In this document: in pieces, positions 23,830 through 36,722 of the stretch
Layout: each line of letters starts with the position of its first letter
Numbering within the stretch: position 1 is the first letter of the stretch
Source of the DNA: Haliotis cracherodii
Lineage: Eukaryota
Assembly: GCF_022045235.1 (NCBI RefSeq)
Contig: NW_027266265.1
Span: 44,702,001-44,766,000, forward strand
DNA: 64,000 nucleotides
Direction: 5' to 3'
Position numbers and translations under genes: made by a program
The notes under the pieces: generated by a model
Seen by the model: only the letters and a program-made list of their open reading frames with translations
Databases searched by the model: none
What the model was told of the DNA's origin: nothing

Positions 23830-24365
23830 GGATAGAGGGAACAAACGGATACAACGAACTGTTAAAAAATCCCAGATTTATCTCCTATATATTATCATAT
23901 AAAATTTACATACATAACGAACTCTCTACAGCGAACTAACGGATATAGCGAACTGATATCTGATCACCGAAAAGCCCATCTACCACTAATTATTGACGTG
24001 TATAGCGAACTGAGAAATCTCACTCAGAGTCAAGTGTCACTGACAATTGGCTGTACGCAATCAGATGCGAATCAACACAATTACTGGTGACGATTCAACC
24101 TAGTTAAACTTGCATTATGTTAATCTTAATTATGATCAAATAATAACTTCAGATACAATTTCGTCCGACCATTGCATTAATAATTGTGGCACTTATTAAC
24201 TAAATCACCGATAGATGCGGGAGGAAACGTGTATAAACGTGTATTGTATTTTGTTTTAGCCAAGATGGCGGACGTTTCCGAGCGAAAACGTATATAACGA
24301 ACAACGAATATAACGAACTGATTTCTCCGGTCCCTTGTAGTTCGTAATATCCATGTTCTACTGTA
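23830..24365. mobile_element. Tc1/mariner-type MITE, left end in the gap
   Basis: ATAACGAAC/TAGCGAACT repeats; terminus TTCGTAATATCCATGTTCTACTG|TA. Confidence 0.65.
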
Positions 24366-24439
24366 TGTATGTATGTATTCATTTTAGTTCAGTCACTGTG
24401 AGATTTCGGCGTTTCCCTAGTCCGTCGTACTTGTTGTTA

Positions 24440-24585
24440 ACAACAGGCGTTCGCGAAAAGGTGAGTGTATTCTGCCCGACCGGTGGCACCCGTCACAAAC
24501 ACATGCAAAGTCAAGTCAAGTGTTCACCTAAAAAAAGACGGGATTATGTTGTACAAGTAAAAATATGTAATTGCAACAGGCATTA
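24440..24585 (-). mobile_element. Inverted copy of Penelope-like fragment 20701-20842
   Basis: Near-identical reverse complement. Confidence 0.85.
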
Positions 24586-25110
24586 TCCGTCTAAATGGGT
24601 TGTCTATAATGAGCCGTCTAAATGGGTTGTTTGTAATGATCCTTCTAAATGGGTTGTCTAAAATGAGTAGTCTACAAGGAGCCGTCTAAGTAGGTTGTCT
24701 AGAATGAGTAGTCTAATTGGGTTGTCTAAAAGAAACCGTCTAAATGGGTTGTCTAAAATGATCCGTCTAAATAGATTGTCTAAAATGTGTAGTCTAATTG
24801 GGTTGTCTAAAATGATCCGTCTAAATAGGTTGTCTAAAATGAGTAGTCTAATTGGGTTGTATAAAATGAGTAGCCTAATTGGGTCGTATAAAATGATCCG
24901 TCTAAATGGGTTTCCAAAATGATCCGTCTAAATGGGTTGTCTAAAATGAATCATCGAAAGGGTTGCCTAAGTTATCCGTCTAAATGGGTTGTCTAAAATG
25001 ATCTGTCTAAATGGGTTGTCTAAAATGATCCGTCTAAATGGGTTGTCTAAAAGGATCCGTCTAAATAGGTTGTTTAAAATGAACCGTCTAAGTGGGTTGT
25101 CCGACTCTGT
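24585..25110. repeat. 27-bp minisatellite GATCCGTCTAAATGGGTTGTCTAAAAT, ~19 copies
   Basis: Direct reading; short degenerate versions at ~31865, 38000, 43885, 50310, 56825 and 62305. Confidence 0.92.
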
Positions 25111-25564
25111 CATCGTGCCACGATGGTCTGGAGCATACTCAGGCACGTCCAGGCACGTATTTCCAAAGGACACATTAACTCAAGATTCACATCCAACTGT
25201 TTTGTTGTTTCTCAATATTCATTTGATATATTTGTCAACCTCAACTGAAACCCGGTCCCGTGTTACACGCATGGCACACGCGTGTGTAACGAGGGACCCA
25301 CGCGTGCACAACGGGTTGCACACGCGCTGCACACGCGTTGCACACGCGTTGCACGCGCGTGTTCAACGGGAGCTCAACCCGTGTGTAAACCGTTGAGCAC
25401 CCGTGTCACATGCGTGTGACGCGGGCTCTCACCGTGTGTGAGGGGAATGAACTTCTGGGAAGGAGTGTATCTGAATGTAGGGATGAATAACACTCAATAT
25501 ACAATATAGTATAGACCATTTAACGATTATCATATAAATGATGCATAGTTCAAACATAGATGTC

Positions 25565-25845
25565 GACTCGTGAAGATACGGGGTAGATTAGGTCTTCAGC
25601 AACCTATGCTTGCCATAAAAGACGACTATGCTTGTCCTAAGAGGCGACTAATGGGATCGGTTGGTCAGGCTCGATGACTTGGTTGATGCATGTCATCGAT
25701 CTCAAATGCGTGGATCAATGCTCATGATGTATGTCAATCACTGGATTGTCTGGTCCATATTAAAATATTTACAGACTGCCGTCATATAACTGGAATATTG
25801 CTGAGTGCGGCGTTAGACATGAAACAAACAAAACAAACAAACAAA
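25565..25845 (+). mobile_element. Family D retroposon
   Basis: gactcgtgaagatacgggggtagattaggtcttcagc...aagaggcgactaatggg...(AAAC)n. Confidence 0.85.
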
Positions 25846-25880
25846 ATCGATTTGGCTGTTTCTGTCTACTTATTCAGTAT

Positions 25881-26040
25881 AGGGGCGGTCGGATAGCCTA
25901 GTGGTTAAAGCGGTCGCTCGTCACGCCCGGACTCGATTCCCGACATAGGTACAATGTGTAAAGCCGATTTCTGGTGTCCCCCGCCGTGATATTGCTGGAA
26001 CATTGCTAAAAGCGGCGTAAAATGATCACTCACTCGCTCA
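25881..26040 (+). mobile_element. SINE family A
   Basis: ggggcggtcggatagcctagtggttaaagcg...gcggcgtaaaatgatcactcactc. Confidence 0.88.
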
Positions 26041-28852
26041 TTCAGTATAAACCCTCCACTGCTGGCGCATGGCTGGTAGTGTTTCTTTGATACAGGGACT
26101 CGCGTAAACTTCTCCACAGACTCTGCCAATATCTGCTCAGTGTAAACCAGAATCCTTTCTGTTGTCTCGTGTTCAGCCCAAACGGAAGTTGCATTCAAAC
26201 CAGATCACGATGAGTTTACCGACCGGTTCTGACAGCAATAGAAAGGCCACTGCCGACTCCCATCCTCACGGGCAGACTAGAGATCCACTTTTGTGAGGGT
26301 CAATGAAATTCGATGAAGAAAATCGTATCTGCTGTCTCGTTAATCTTCGCCATTCCTAATTCAGGCCATCGTGATATCCCAATTTGGTATTGAAGGAGAC
26401 AATCGAGTGATGATATTTCTATCCAACAACACACAATTGATGTCGTCTGCTCCCACGAACGTAACCTCAGTTTTCGGGCCAAATCCTCTGGGAAGTGAAG
26501 CGATCATTTAAACTGTGTATGCTAGTTTCTGAAAGCTCTTGTCTCTCTCAGTCTCATCAGTGGAGCTTTAAGAAACCGAAACCGGTCGTGAAAAAAGCAG
26601 ATATAGCTGTATTGACATACATGATGGGTACAGAGTATGGGGGAAAGAATGGTTGTCACTCTGGTCGCCTTCCTCAGCCTATTCTACCGAGAGACTTAGC
26701 AAGTAGCAGACCTTTGGCCGGGGGTACACTGCAGATATTGCATAGGTTACAGAAGTGCCACGTTTACAATATCAGAGAACGAGAGCGTACCATATTCTTT
26801 AAAAGCTGCTACCAATGTACATGTACCAAATCCGGAACAAATCGCCGTTGGAAGGTTGGTGTGTTGAACGATTTTTACCCTGGTGTTGACAGCTTAATGA
26901 GGTCTTAGACGTTTACCACTTTCGTGAACCCCACGAGCACAGGTAGGGTGCTGACAAACCTAGAAACATAATGGGGGCGAACCAGGATTCAAACCCACAA
27001 ACAAAGGTTTCTTGTGTGCACAGCGAAATAGATGCGTTTAAGATGACTGGGTCACTCTTGCACCGTCATAACCGCTGGATCTTGGGGGTAAGTCACGAAG
27101 ATGTTTATCACACGTCAAAGATCACGCTGATAAATCAGGGTTTATAATCAGGATCCTGGTACAGATAAGGGACATTACTATGTACATCGAACTGCGGTGC
27201 TTTATACCACTAGGCCACCTTTGTTCCTTTGTGCTTTGGGGTAGCCTAGTAGTTAAAACAATAGCTCGTCATGTCGGGTTCGATTCCCCACATGGGTATA
27301 TTGTGTGATATTGTCCCCCGCCGTGATGTTGCTAGAACACTGATGACAACGGCGTTAAACCATATTAGCTCACTCATCTTCTAAACGAATTCGAAAGCAA
27401 CAAGTGACGTCACTTTTGTCTGACACCAGTGAAATACACCCGAATACTCCTGACACCAGTGGAGCAAACGACTCCTACGGAACAGGAAGTGAATTGATGG
27501 AACACTAAACTTGAAAGTGATGAATGCGACATTCTAACATGACACATATATGAGAGTCAATTTCTGTAATAATCATTTGAAAGAATGAATCATGTCATTT
27601 TTAAGCACGAGTCCCTGATAAAACACACTCATGTCATTGATGCATTACACTTGTTTAAATCATAAACGCAAATTTCAATCTTAACAGATGGGCAAATTTC
27701 GAGAGGACACGGCGAACTGTTTTCATTCTTGGATCGAAAACGTACAATTTATTCCGAGTGCTGTCACGTTGTAAGGCCCACTTAATACAGTTAAAAGGAA
27801 AATACGCTGTTTTGTACAGCGACGACGTGAGTGAGTGAGTTCTCCGCTTTTAACAGTATTCCAGTTATATCACGACGTGTCAGCTTGATGTGGGAGGAAA
27901 GCCGGAAGTGATGCAGTACAGCGATCGGGATTTTTTGTTTGTAACGCTTAACAGTGTGATAAGGAAGAGTGGAGTTTATTTTGTTTGCAATATGTTTTAG
28001 ACAGTTGTCAAGGCAACACAGCGGGAGTTGTTGTGGAACCAGGTGTGGTAGTGTATCACAGCAGTTATTTGAATGATGAAAATACAAGTTGGGAATCAGT
28101 TGTACAGCAATCAGGATGGTTTGTTTGTAACGCTTAACAGTGTGATAAGGAAGAGTGGAGTTTATTTTGATTTGCAATATGTTTTGGACAGTTGTCAAGG
28201 CAACACAACGGGGGTGGTTATGTAACCAGGAGTGGTAGTGTATTACAGCAGTTATTTGAATCATGAAAATAAAAGTTGGGGACAAGTGATAATTGTACAA
28301 ATATTTGCCTCCCTGTCAACAAAAGTTAACTACGGCCTTGTGTGAGTGGTAGTCAATATATATCTATGCTTTCATTTTGTTTTCATATCGTAGTTTATTG
28401 GAAATATTTTGGGCAAGTAAAATCTGAGTGTGTGGGTGAGTGAGTTGTGTTTAACGCCACTTTTAACAGAATTCCAGTTATTTCGCGGCGTGTCAGCTTA
28501 ATGTGGGAGGAAAGCTGAAGTGATGCAGGTCTCAGACGTTTACCACTTCGGTGAAACCCACGAGCATGCTGACAAGCCTAGACACATAATCAGGGCGAAC
28601 CGGGATTTGAACCATGATCACAGGTTTCTGTCGTACCCAAGGGACGCAACTCTGCACAGCGAATCGCGGCGCGGCCATTCGTACCCCCAGTAAAATATGA
28701 AGAGGGCTTGAACAGTTTTTTGTTAACAAGTCCTGTCCAGTGCACTTCGGACACTTATTCATACACTGCCCCTAAGTACTCGAGTTATGAACAGATTTAT
28801 ACAAAGGTGTGTTTTCGAAGCCATTCAATGATATATATTTCGAAGTCTCCAA

Positions 28853-28912
<60 letters not shown>
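28853..28912. repeat. (TA)n microsatellite, variable TA/CA at the same site in other units (35210, 41378, 53688)
   Basis: Direct reading. Confidence 0.9.
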
Positions 28913-28919
<7 letters not shown>

Positions 28920-29721
28920 TATATGTATGTATGCGAGTGATTGAGTGAGTATGGCTTTTCGTCGCTTTTAGTTATATTCCAGCAATATCACCACGGCGGG
29001 AACTCCAGTAATGGGTATCACACATGGTACCCATGTTTGGAATCGAACCCGTGTCTTTGGCGTGACGAGCGAACACTTGAACCACGAGGCTACCCCACGG
29101 CTCCGATGCGTGCGAGAGGTCGTATAGGTCAGCCAGATAAGAGTACACCCAAACATGTCAATCATATTTGACTGGAATAGATCTCCAGCTTTATACCTCC
29201 ATTACACTATAGGAGAAGTGATTGTTGGACCAGCCACTTTCAGAACATGAAGTGAGGAATGAGCAGCTTTGATTGGAATATATTTTGTAAAACGTGTATG
29301 TTTCTCAAATATTCACCACCAAATTACCAAAAGTATGTTTTTGTAATATTTTGTCCTTATTGTTTTTACATAATAATTTATTCTGCTTTTGTCCACATGT
29401 TTTCACGAAAGTGCCATGTGGTGCAGACCCGCACTTGGTGTGTTTAACTTACTGCACTCGGAAAAATACGTTTTGACCTCAGTCCGCAATTACACGACAC
29501 TAAAGTAGCCGTCCAATCAAATCACACTCATTGTCGAGGGAAACGATGGATGTTAGTTATAGGAGTGATGGAGGTGGTGACGTCACCCCAAAACGAAACT
29601 ATGGTGAATGGATCCAGGGTATTTATTACAACATAATATATAATAATATATAATAATACACTAAATCATGGACGATGATATTTTCCCGTCGTCAGTATAT
29701 GTGTTCTTGTTATACGTCAGT

Positions 29722-30095
29722 CGGATATAAAGCAAGGGACTCACAGTGATCATATACTGGTTGGCGGGATGTAAAGCAAGGTACACACGCTGATCATATA
29801 CTGGTTGGCGGGATGTAAAGCAAGGGACTCACGGTGATCATATACTGGTTGGCGGGATGTATAAAGCAAGGTACACACGCTGATCATATACTGGTTGGAG
29901 GAATGTAAAGCAAGGGACTCACTGTGATCATATACTGGTTGGCGGGATGTAAAGCAAGGGACTCACGGTGATCATATACTGGTTGGCGGGATGTAAAGCA
30001 AGGTACACACGCTGATCATATACTGGTTGGCGGGATGTAAAGCAAGGGACTCTCGGTGATCACATACTGGTTGGCGGGATGTATAAAGCAAGGGA
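29722..30095. repeat. 44-bp minisatellite, ~9 copies
   Basis: GATCATATACTGGTTGGCGGGATGTAAAGCAAGGGACTCACGGT. Confidence 0.95.
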
Positions 30096-30278
30096 CAATT
30101 AATAGTTATTGTAAAAAGAATACATTTACTTGAAATCCTCAAAAGATTCAGGGTAAAATCAGTAAACACAAAACAAATGCATGTTTTTGTCATTACGGAA
30201 GCTGAAGAATTAAAGTTTTACAATTTCAGTTACCCACCTCGTTACTAATATATCCGAGAAACGTTAACATACACCCAT

Positions 30279-31188
30279 ACGTTTTTTGAACATTTATGTT
30301 CCAACTGAGCTTTTTAGAATGTGATTAAAAAACACCCATTCCGATTACAGAACACGAATATGTTGTCTGTTTGTAAAATAAAAGACGTCATTTTAACCTA
30401 TGACAAAAGATTTATTGGCAAACGTTTCTGTTCCAGACCTACACGCACCAATAACATCAAATGTCAAACACCAGATTTGCTGACATACATAACACATTCG
30501 TTCGTCCTTGGCAATACTATTGCTCTTTCATCTCATTTGATGATTGTATATTTTCCCCTATGATTAGATCGTAATGTTATTAAACATAATCGCCATATAT
30601 CACCATCCTCCATCAATTATCGAGGGTTTGACATCTCCACTCTATTATGAAAGATCGAGTATGATGCATGATCCTTCAACCCCATCCATTTCAGAAAAAA
30701 TCACCACCCGTCAGTTCATTGTGGGAGGGAAAAACGTTTTTTGAACATTTATGTTCCAACTGAGCTTTTTAGAATGTGATTAAAAAACACCCATTCCGAT
30801 TACAGAACACGAATATGTTGTCTGTTTGTAAAATAAAAGACGTCATTTTAACCTATGACAAAAGATTTATTGGCAATCGTTTCTGTTCCAGACCTACACG
30901 CACCAATAACATCAAATGTCAAACACCAGATTTGCTGACATACATAACACATTCGTTCGTCCTTGGCAATACTATTGCTCTTTCATCTCATTTGATGATT
31001 GTATATTTTCCCCTATGATTAGATCGTAATGTTATTAAACATAATCGCCATATATCACCATCCTCCATCAATTATCGAGGGTTTGACATCTCCACTCTAT
31101 TATGAAAGATCGAGTATGATGCATGATCCTTCAACTTCATCCATTTCAGAAAAAATCACCACCCGTCAGTTCATTGTGGGAGGGAAAA
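30279..31188. repeat. Near-perfect 455-bp tandem duplication private to one unit
   Basis: ACGTTTTTTGAACATTTATG at 30279 and 30734; ORFs 30321 and 30776 differ at one residue. Confidence 0.95.
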
Positions 31189-34100
31189 AGCATTAAGTGC
31201 TGAAAAGGTCTTTGAGAAAGCACACAGGCATGATGTTGATAAACCACAGGTAATACATTGGTGCATGTTGACGAGTTCACGGTTATACTTCATTTCAAGT
31301 CCCTTCAGTCTGAATATAAACTATGTTATTGACATTCCTCTGTTTTCCACCCAAGATATCCTATTACAAAGACTCGGTAAGGTGAATGGAAGGCAGTTGT
31401 GAAGATGATGGTCTTGCAAGTCATCGACATATTGTCATGGAGAATTTCCAGCCTTCGACCCTGGGCGAGATTACCCACCTACAGGTGTGATATGACGTTT
31501 GTTTGTTTATTGTTTAACGCCTTACTCAACAATATTCCAGCTATATGATGATGGTCTGTAAATAATCCTGGGAGTGGCGAGTAATCACACCTTCGTTGTG
31601 TGATGTTTTGTTTGTTAATATAGCTTCATCATCGTGAATACTTGAGAGTAGAGGAGAATCTACTGAACAAAATCAATGGATTTGATTTATCCTTGACATA
31701 AAACGTCGATATGTAATTGTTTTCAGAGGGTAAAATGAGAGTTATGTGCCTTTACCCTCTTTGCCTTTCTTCAAGTTAATTGAAGAAAACTGAATTGTAA
31801 GAAGAGTGATATATTCCTTTCAGTCCAATAGCAATTATCCATATTCGTTGAATATGTCCTCAGTCTCAAATGGGGTTGCCTAAAATAGGTTGTCTGAACT
31901 GAATTGTCGAAAGTGGGTTGTCTAAAGTCAGCTGTCTAAATGGGTTGTCCGACTCTGTGGTGAATGAGTTGTCTAAAATGACTCGTTAAATGGGTTATCC
32001 GACTCTGTGCCTGATTGTACATAATCGTACGACGATGGTCTTGAACGTGCTCATGCTTTCAGTCACTAGTTTTCCTTGTTTATTCTAAGGGAAACATTCT
32101 GACTGTAGGGTAGAATAACATATACAGGTGCACCCGAAGAACAAATACTCTATATACCATTTACTATAGTCTTACACGTTAGGCATATATGCATCGTGTG
32201 CTTGATCTGAAGATCTGAAAGTGATTCTTTGATACTGGAGTCAGCGTCATCTTCTTCACTGACCATGCCATTATCTGCCCAGAATAATCCAGGATCATTC
32301 TCGTCTGTCGCGATCAGCCCAAACGGATGTTGCATTCAGGACAAATCAGATCACGATGAGTTTACCGACCGGTTCTGACAGCAATAGAAAGGCCACTGCC
32401 GACTCCAATCCCCACGGGCTGACAAGAGATCCACATTTGTGAGGGTAAATGAAATTCGATGAAGAATATCGTATCTCCTCTCTCGTTAATCTTCGCCATT
32501 CTCAATTGGGTCCGTCGTGACATCCTAATTTGGTGTTAAAGGAGATAATCGAGTAATGATATTTCTATCCAGCAACTCACAATTGATGTCGTCTGCTCCC
32601 ACGAACCTAACCTCAGTTTTCGGGCCAAATCCTCTGGGAAGTGAAGCGATCATGTGAACTGTGAATGCTAGTTTCTGAAAGCTCTTGTCTATCTCAGTCT
32701 CACCAGTGGAGCTTTAAAACATCGAAACCGGTCGTGAAAAAAAGCAGATATAGCTGTATTGACAGACATGATGGGTAAAGAGTATGAGGGGGAAGAATGG
32801 TTGCCACTCTGGTCGCCTTCCTCAGCCTATTCTACCGAGAGACTTAGCAAGTAGCAGACCTTTTGTCGGGGGTACACTGCAGATATTGCATAGGTTACAG
32901 TAGCGCCACGTTTACAATATCAGAGAACGAGAGCGTACCATATTCCTTAAAAGCTGCTACCCATGTACCAAATCCGGAACAAATCGCAGTTGGAAGGTTG
33001 GTGTGATGAACGATTTTGACCCTGATGTTGACAGCTAACATATTACGGGGTAAAAACCGTTGTGAGTGAGTGAGTGGGTTTGAAGGCCGCTCTGAACAGT
33101 ATTCTCGTTATATCACAGCGTGCCACCTTAATGTTGGAGGAAATCCCGGCGGAGGTCTTAGACGTTTACCACTTTCGTGAACCCCACGAGCACGGGTAGG
33201 ATGCTGACAAACCTAGAAACATAATCGGGTTGAACCAGGATTCAAACCCACAAACATAGGTTTCTTGTGTGCACAGCGAATTGCGGCACTTAAGATGACT
33301 GGGTCACTCTTGCACCGTCAAAACCGCTGGATCTTTTAGAGTTTGATGCCTCTCTGAACGGTAGTTCAGATATTTAATATGGGGGTAAGTCACGAAGATA
33401 TTTATCACACGTCAAAGATCACGCTGATAAATCAAGGGTAATAATAAGGATCCTGGTACAGATAAGGGACATTACTATGAACTGCGGTGCTTTATACCAC
33501 TAGGCCACCTTTGTTCCTTTGTGCATTGGGGTAGCCTAGCAGTTAAAACAATAGCTCGTCATGCCGGGTTCGATTCACCACATGGGTATATTGTGTGAAG
33601 CCCATTTCCGGTGTCCCCCGCCGTGATGTTGCTAGAACACTGCTAAAAGCGTCGTAAAAATCATATTCGCTCACTCATCTTCTCAACGAATTCGAAAGCA
33701 ACGAGTGACGTCACTTTTGTCTGACACCAGTGAAGAACGACTCCTACGGAACAGGAAGTGAATTGATGGAGCACTAAACTTGAAAGTGATGAATGCGACA
33801 CTCTAACATGACACATATATGAGAGTCAATTTCTGTAATAATCATTTGAAAGAATGAATCATGCCACTTTTAAGCACGAGTCCCTGATAAAACACTCATG
33901 TCATTGATGCATTCCACTTGTTTAAATCATAAACAGAAATTTCAATCTTAACAGATGGGCAAATTTCGAGAGGACACGGCGAACTGTTTTCAGTTTTGGA
34001 TCGAAAACACACAATTTATTCCCAGTGCTGTCATGTTGTAAGGCCCACTTAATACAGTTAAAAGAAAAATGTGCTGGTTTGTACAGCGATCAGAATCTTT

Positions 34101-35211
34101 TGTTTGTAACGCTTAACAGTGTGATAAGGAAGAGTGGAATTTATTTTGATTTGCAATATGTTTTGGACAGTTGTCAAGGCAACACACCGGGAGTGGTTGT
34201 GCATCACAGCGGTGCTCACAGTGACATTTCCTTCCCAGTGAGTAAAGGACAGTTGCCCACACTCCCCACTGTATTTTTTATGAAAAAAACAGTTTTATTT
34301 GAATCATGAAAATACAATTTGGGGACAAGTGATAATTGTACAAATATTTGCCTCCCTGTCAACAAAGGTTAACTACGACCTTGTGTGAGTAGTAGTCAAT
34401 ACATATTTATACCTTATTTTGTTTTCATATCGTAGTTTATTGGAAATATTTTGGGCAAGTGAAATATGAGTGTGTGAGTGAGTGAGTTGTGTTTAACGCC
34501 GCTTTTAACAGTATTCCAGTTATATCACGACGTGTCAGCTTAATGGTGGAGGAAAGCCTGATGTGATGCAGGTATCAGACGTTTACCACTTCGGTGAAAC
34601 CCACGAGCACGGGTATGGTGCTGACAAGCCTAGACACATAATCAGGGCAAACCGGGATTCGAACCCATAATCATAGGTTTCTGTCGTGCCCAAGGGACGC
34701 AACTCTGCACAGCGAGTCGCGGCGCGGCCACCCGTACCCCCAGTAAAATATGAAGAGGGCTTGAACAGTTTTTTGTTAACAATTCCTGTCCAGTGCACTT
34801 CGGACACTTATTCATACACTGCCCCTAAGTACTCGAGTTATGAACACATTTATACAAAGGTGTGTTTTCGAAGCCATTGATACTGGATGTTTTGTGAAAA
34901 AAGACTATTATCTGTGATATTGCTGGAATATTACGAAAACGGCGTAAAACACGACTTACTCACATATTCCAGATGTCCGCGTAAGGTCAAAATGCTTTTA
35001 TAGCAAATTGTTTGCATTGATCGAAAATTGTCCTTGACGCCATACAGAAGGTGGCGAGGTAATTTAACTGCAGCAGATTTGTAGGAATGAGAGCCTGTTG
35101 AATAAAGCAACTGACGGTTTAAATATTGAACACACATCTGTAGATCAATGAATGGGGACATGCTGCTCGTCTTGATGCCGTGGTTGCTGCAGGAATTGTC
35201 TTCAATGAGAC

Positions 35212-35252
<41 letters not shown>

Positions 35253-36040
35253 TATATGCGTGCGAGTGATTGAGTGAGTATGGCTTTTCGTCCCTTTTAG
35301 TTATATTCCAGCAATATCACGGCGGGAACTCCAGTAATGGGTATCACACATGGTACCCATGTTTGGAATCGAACCCGTGTCTTTGGCGTGACGAGCGAAC
35401 ACTTTAACCACGAGGCTACCCCACGGCTCCTATGCGTGCGAGAGGTCGTATAGTTCAGCCAGATAAGAGTACACCCAAACATGCCAATCATATTTGTCTG
35501 GAATAGATCTCCAGATTTATTCCTCCATTACACTATAGGAGAAGTGATTGTGGGACCAGCCGCTTTCAGAACATGAAGTGAGGAATGAGCAGCTGTGATT
35601 TGAATATACTTTGTAAAACGTGTATGTTTCTCAAATATTCACCACCATATTACCAAAAGTATGTTTTTGAAATATTTTGTCCTTATTGTTTTTACATAAT
35701 AATTTATTGTGATTGTGTCCACATGTGTTTTCACGAAAGTGCCATGTGGTGCAGACCCGCACTTGGTGTGTTTAACTTACTGCATTCGGAAAAATACGTT
35801 TTGACCTCAGTCCGCAATGACACGACGCTAAAGTAGCCGTCCAATCAAATCACACTCATGGTCGAGGGAAACGATGGATGTTAGTTATAGGAGTGATGGA
35901 GGTGGTGACGTCACCCCAAAACGAAGCTATGGTGAATGGATCCGGGGTATTTATTACAACATAATACAGATATATTACACTAGATAATTGACGATGATAT
36001 TTTCCCGTCGTCAGTATATGTCCTCTTGTTATTCGTCAGT

Positions 36041-36722
36041 CGGATGTAAAGCAAGGGACTCACGGTGTTCATATACTGGTTAGCGGGATGTAAAGCAAGG
36101 GACTCACGGTGTTCATATACTGGTTGGCGGGATGTAAAGCAAGGGACTCACGGTGATCATATACTGGTTGGTGGGATGTGAAGCAAGGGACTCACGGTGA
36201 TCATATACTGGTTGGCGGGATGTAAAGCAAAGGATTTAGGGTGATCATATACTGGTTGGCGGGATGTAAAGCCATGTACTTAGGGTGATCATATACTGGT
36301 TGGCGGAATGTGAGGCAAGGGACTCACGGTGTTCATATACTGGTTGGCGGGATGTAAAGCAAGGGACTCACGGTGATCATATACTGGTTGGAGGGATGTA
36401 AAGCAAGGGACTCACGGTAATCATATACTGGTTGGCGGGATGTAAAGCAAGGGACTCACGGTGATCATATACTGGTTGGCGGGATGTAAAGCAAGGGACT
36501 CACGGTGATCATATACTGGTTGGCGGGATGTAAAGCAAGGGACTCACGGTGATCATATACTGGTTGGCGGGATGTAAAGCAAGGGACTCACGGTGATCAT
36601 ATACTGGTTGGCGGGATGTAAAGCAAGGGACTCACGGTGATCATATACTGGTTGGCGGGATGTAAAGCAAGGGACTGAGGGTGATCATATACTGGTTGGC
36701 AGGATGTTTAAAGCAAGGGACA
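36041..36722. repeat. 44-bp minisatellite, ~16 copies
   Basis: Same unit, 44-bp period. Confidence 0.95.

Noticed and set aside
26521-26560. Hammerhead in block Z (minus strand CTGATGA...GAAA)
   Set aside because: Stem II does not abut the core, stems I and III are not evident, and the core is mutated in the copy near 32700
30321-30563. Recurrent short ORFs (MIKKHP.., MQHPFG.., MLSCCK.., MPKGRN..) as a gene family
   Set aside because: They recur only because the DNA is duplicated; many use non-ATG starts, overlap SINEs, or are broken in other units
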